This document shows, piece by piece, positions 63,612 to 64,000 of a stretch of DNA of 64,000 bases. Source of the DNA: Planctomycetota bacterium. GTDB lineage: Bacteria > Planctomycetota > B15-G4. The notes below the pieces were generated by a model that saw nothing but the letters and a program-made list of their open reading frames with translations, had not been told where the DNA came from and searched no databases. The stretch is from positions 96,001-160,000 of the forward strand of contig JBBQUR010000001.1 in NCBI GenBank assembly GCA_038212275.1. Direction: 5' to 3'. A program made the translations under genes and the position numbers. Numbering within the stretch: position 1 is the stretch's first letter; every line of letters begins with the position of its first letter.

Positions 63612-64000
63612 TCAGCGGATCAGCTTCCAGCGGAACGGGTGGAAGACGGGCCAGAAGACCGCGATGGCCTTGCCGAGCAGGTAGCGCCGGTTGATGAACG
63701 GGGCCGGCTCGTTGCTGATGTCCACGATGTCCGCGCGGTCGAGGATGAACTCGTCGCCGTGCACGTCCGCGAAGACGAACTGATTGGGTGCGTAGGGTCT
63801 GGGATTCGCGTCCGGAGGAGCGGGCCCGTTGCGCGGCGCCGGGAAGTCGAAGCCGCTGTGCTTCGTGCCGTCCCGCATCGTGAAGGTGCGCAGCTCCCAG
63901 CCGCGGCCGTCGAGCGAGCCCTGGGTGTTGTCGCCGAGGCCCATGTAGCTGTCGTCGGGGATGTGCCAGACGGGGTCGGCGACGCGCTGCGTGTAATAGA
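63612..64000 (-). CDS. lepB: Signal peptidase I, C-terminal part (5' truncated by the window)
   Basis: IPDDSYMGLGDNTQGSLDGRGW (box E GDN..S.D.R) and LLGKAIAVFWP. Confidence 0.8.
   Translation of the reverse strand, partial: YYTQRVADPVWHIPDDSYMGLGDNTQGSLDGRGWELRTFTMRDGTKHSGFDFPAPRNGPAPPDANPRPYAPNQFVFADVHGDEFILDRADIVDISNEPAPFINRRYLLGKAIAVFWPVFHPFRWKLIR

Noticed and set aside
1..64000. Prophage, IS element, integron, retron or known defence system
   Set aside because: No transposase, integrase, reverse transcriptase, nuclease or phage structural motifs were recognised in any credible ORF

Overview
This is a high-GC bacterial chromosomal segment. The protein families suggest an uncultured Planctomycetota lineage, which is an inference and not a database result. 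It holds about 48 CDS. Housekeeping genes include glnE, dprA, aroB, folC, an rluB-like pseudouridine synthase, manA, rsmD, split coaB/coaC, prfB with an intact programmed +1 frameshift, purH, etfBA, lptB and a partial lepB. There are also two LPS genes and many secreted or surface proteins. Signalling genes include two ECF sigma/anti-sigma cassettes, a Ser/Thr kinase-TPR-GAF-sigma54 activator, a PilZ protein, an HD-GYP regulator and an orphan FlgM-like protein. I found no tRNA, rRNA, CRISPR array, transposase, integrase or phage gene. The best leads are: (1) a ~120-130 aa C-terminal domain shared by three secreted FG-GAP proteins, a candidate lineage-specific sorting or anchoring signal; (2) a ~165-nt multi-helix structured RNA candidate between coaC and prfB; (3) an ECF sigma factor that appears to need a CTG start; (4) an orphan FlgM-like gene and a PilZ gene with sigma28-like promoters; (5) leaderless and bidirectional -10 promoters; (6) 10-bp and 11-bp tandem repeats next to the ECF loci. 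All family calls come from reading motifs by eye.
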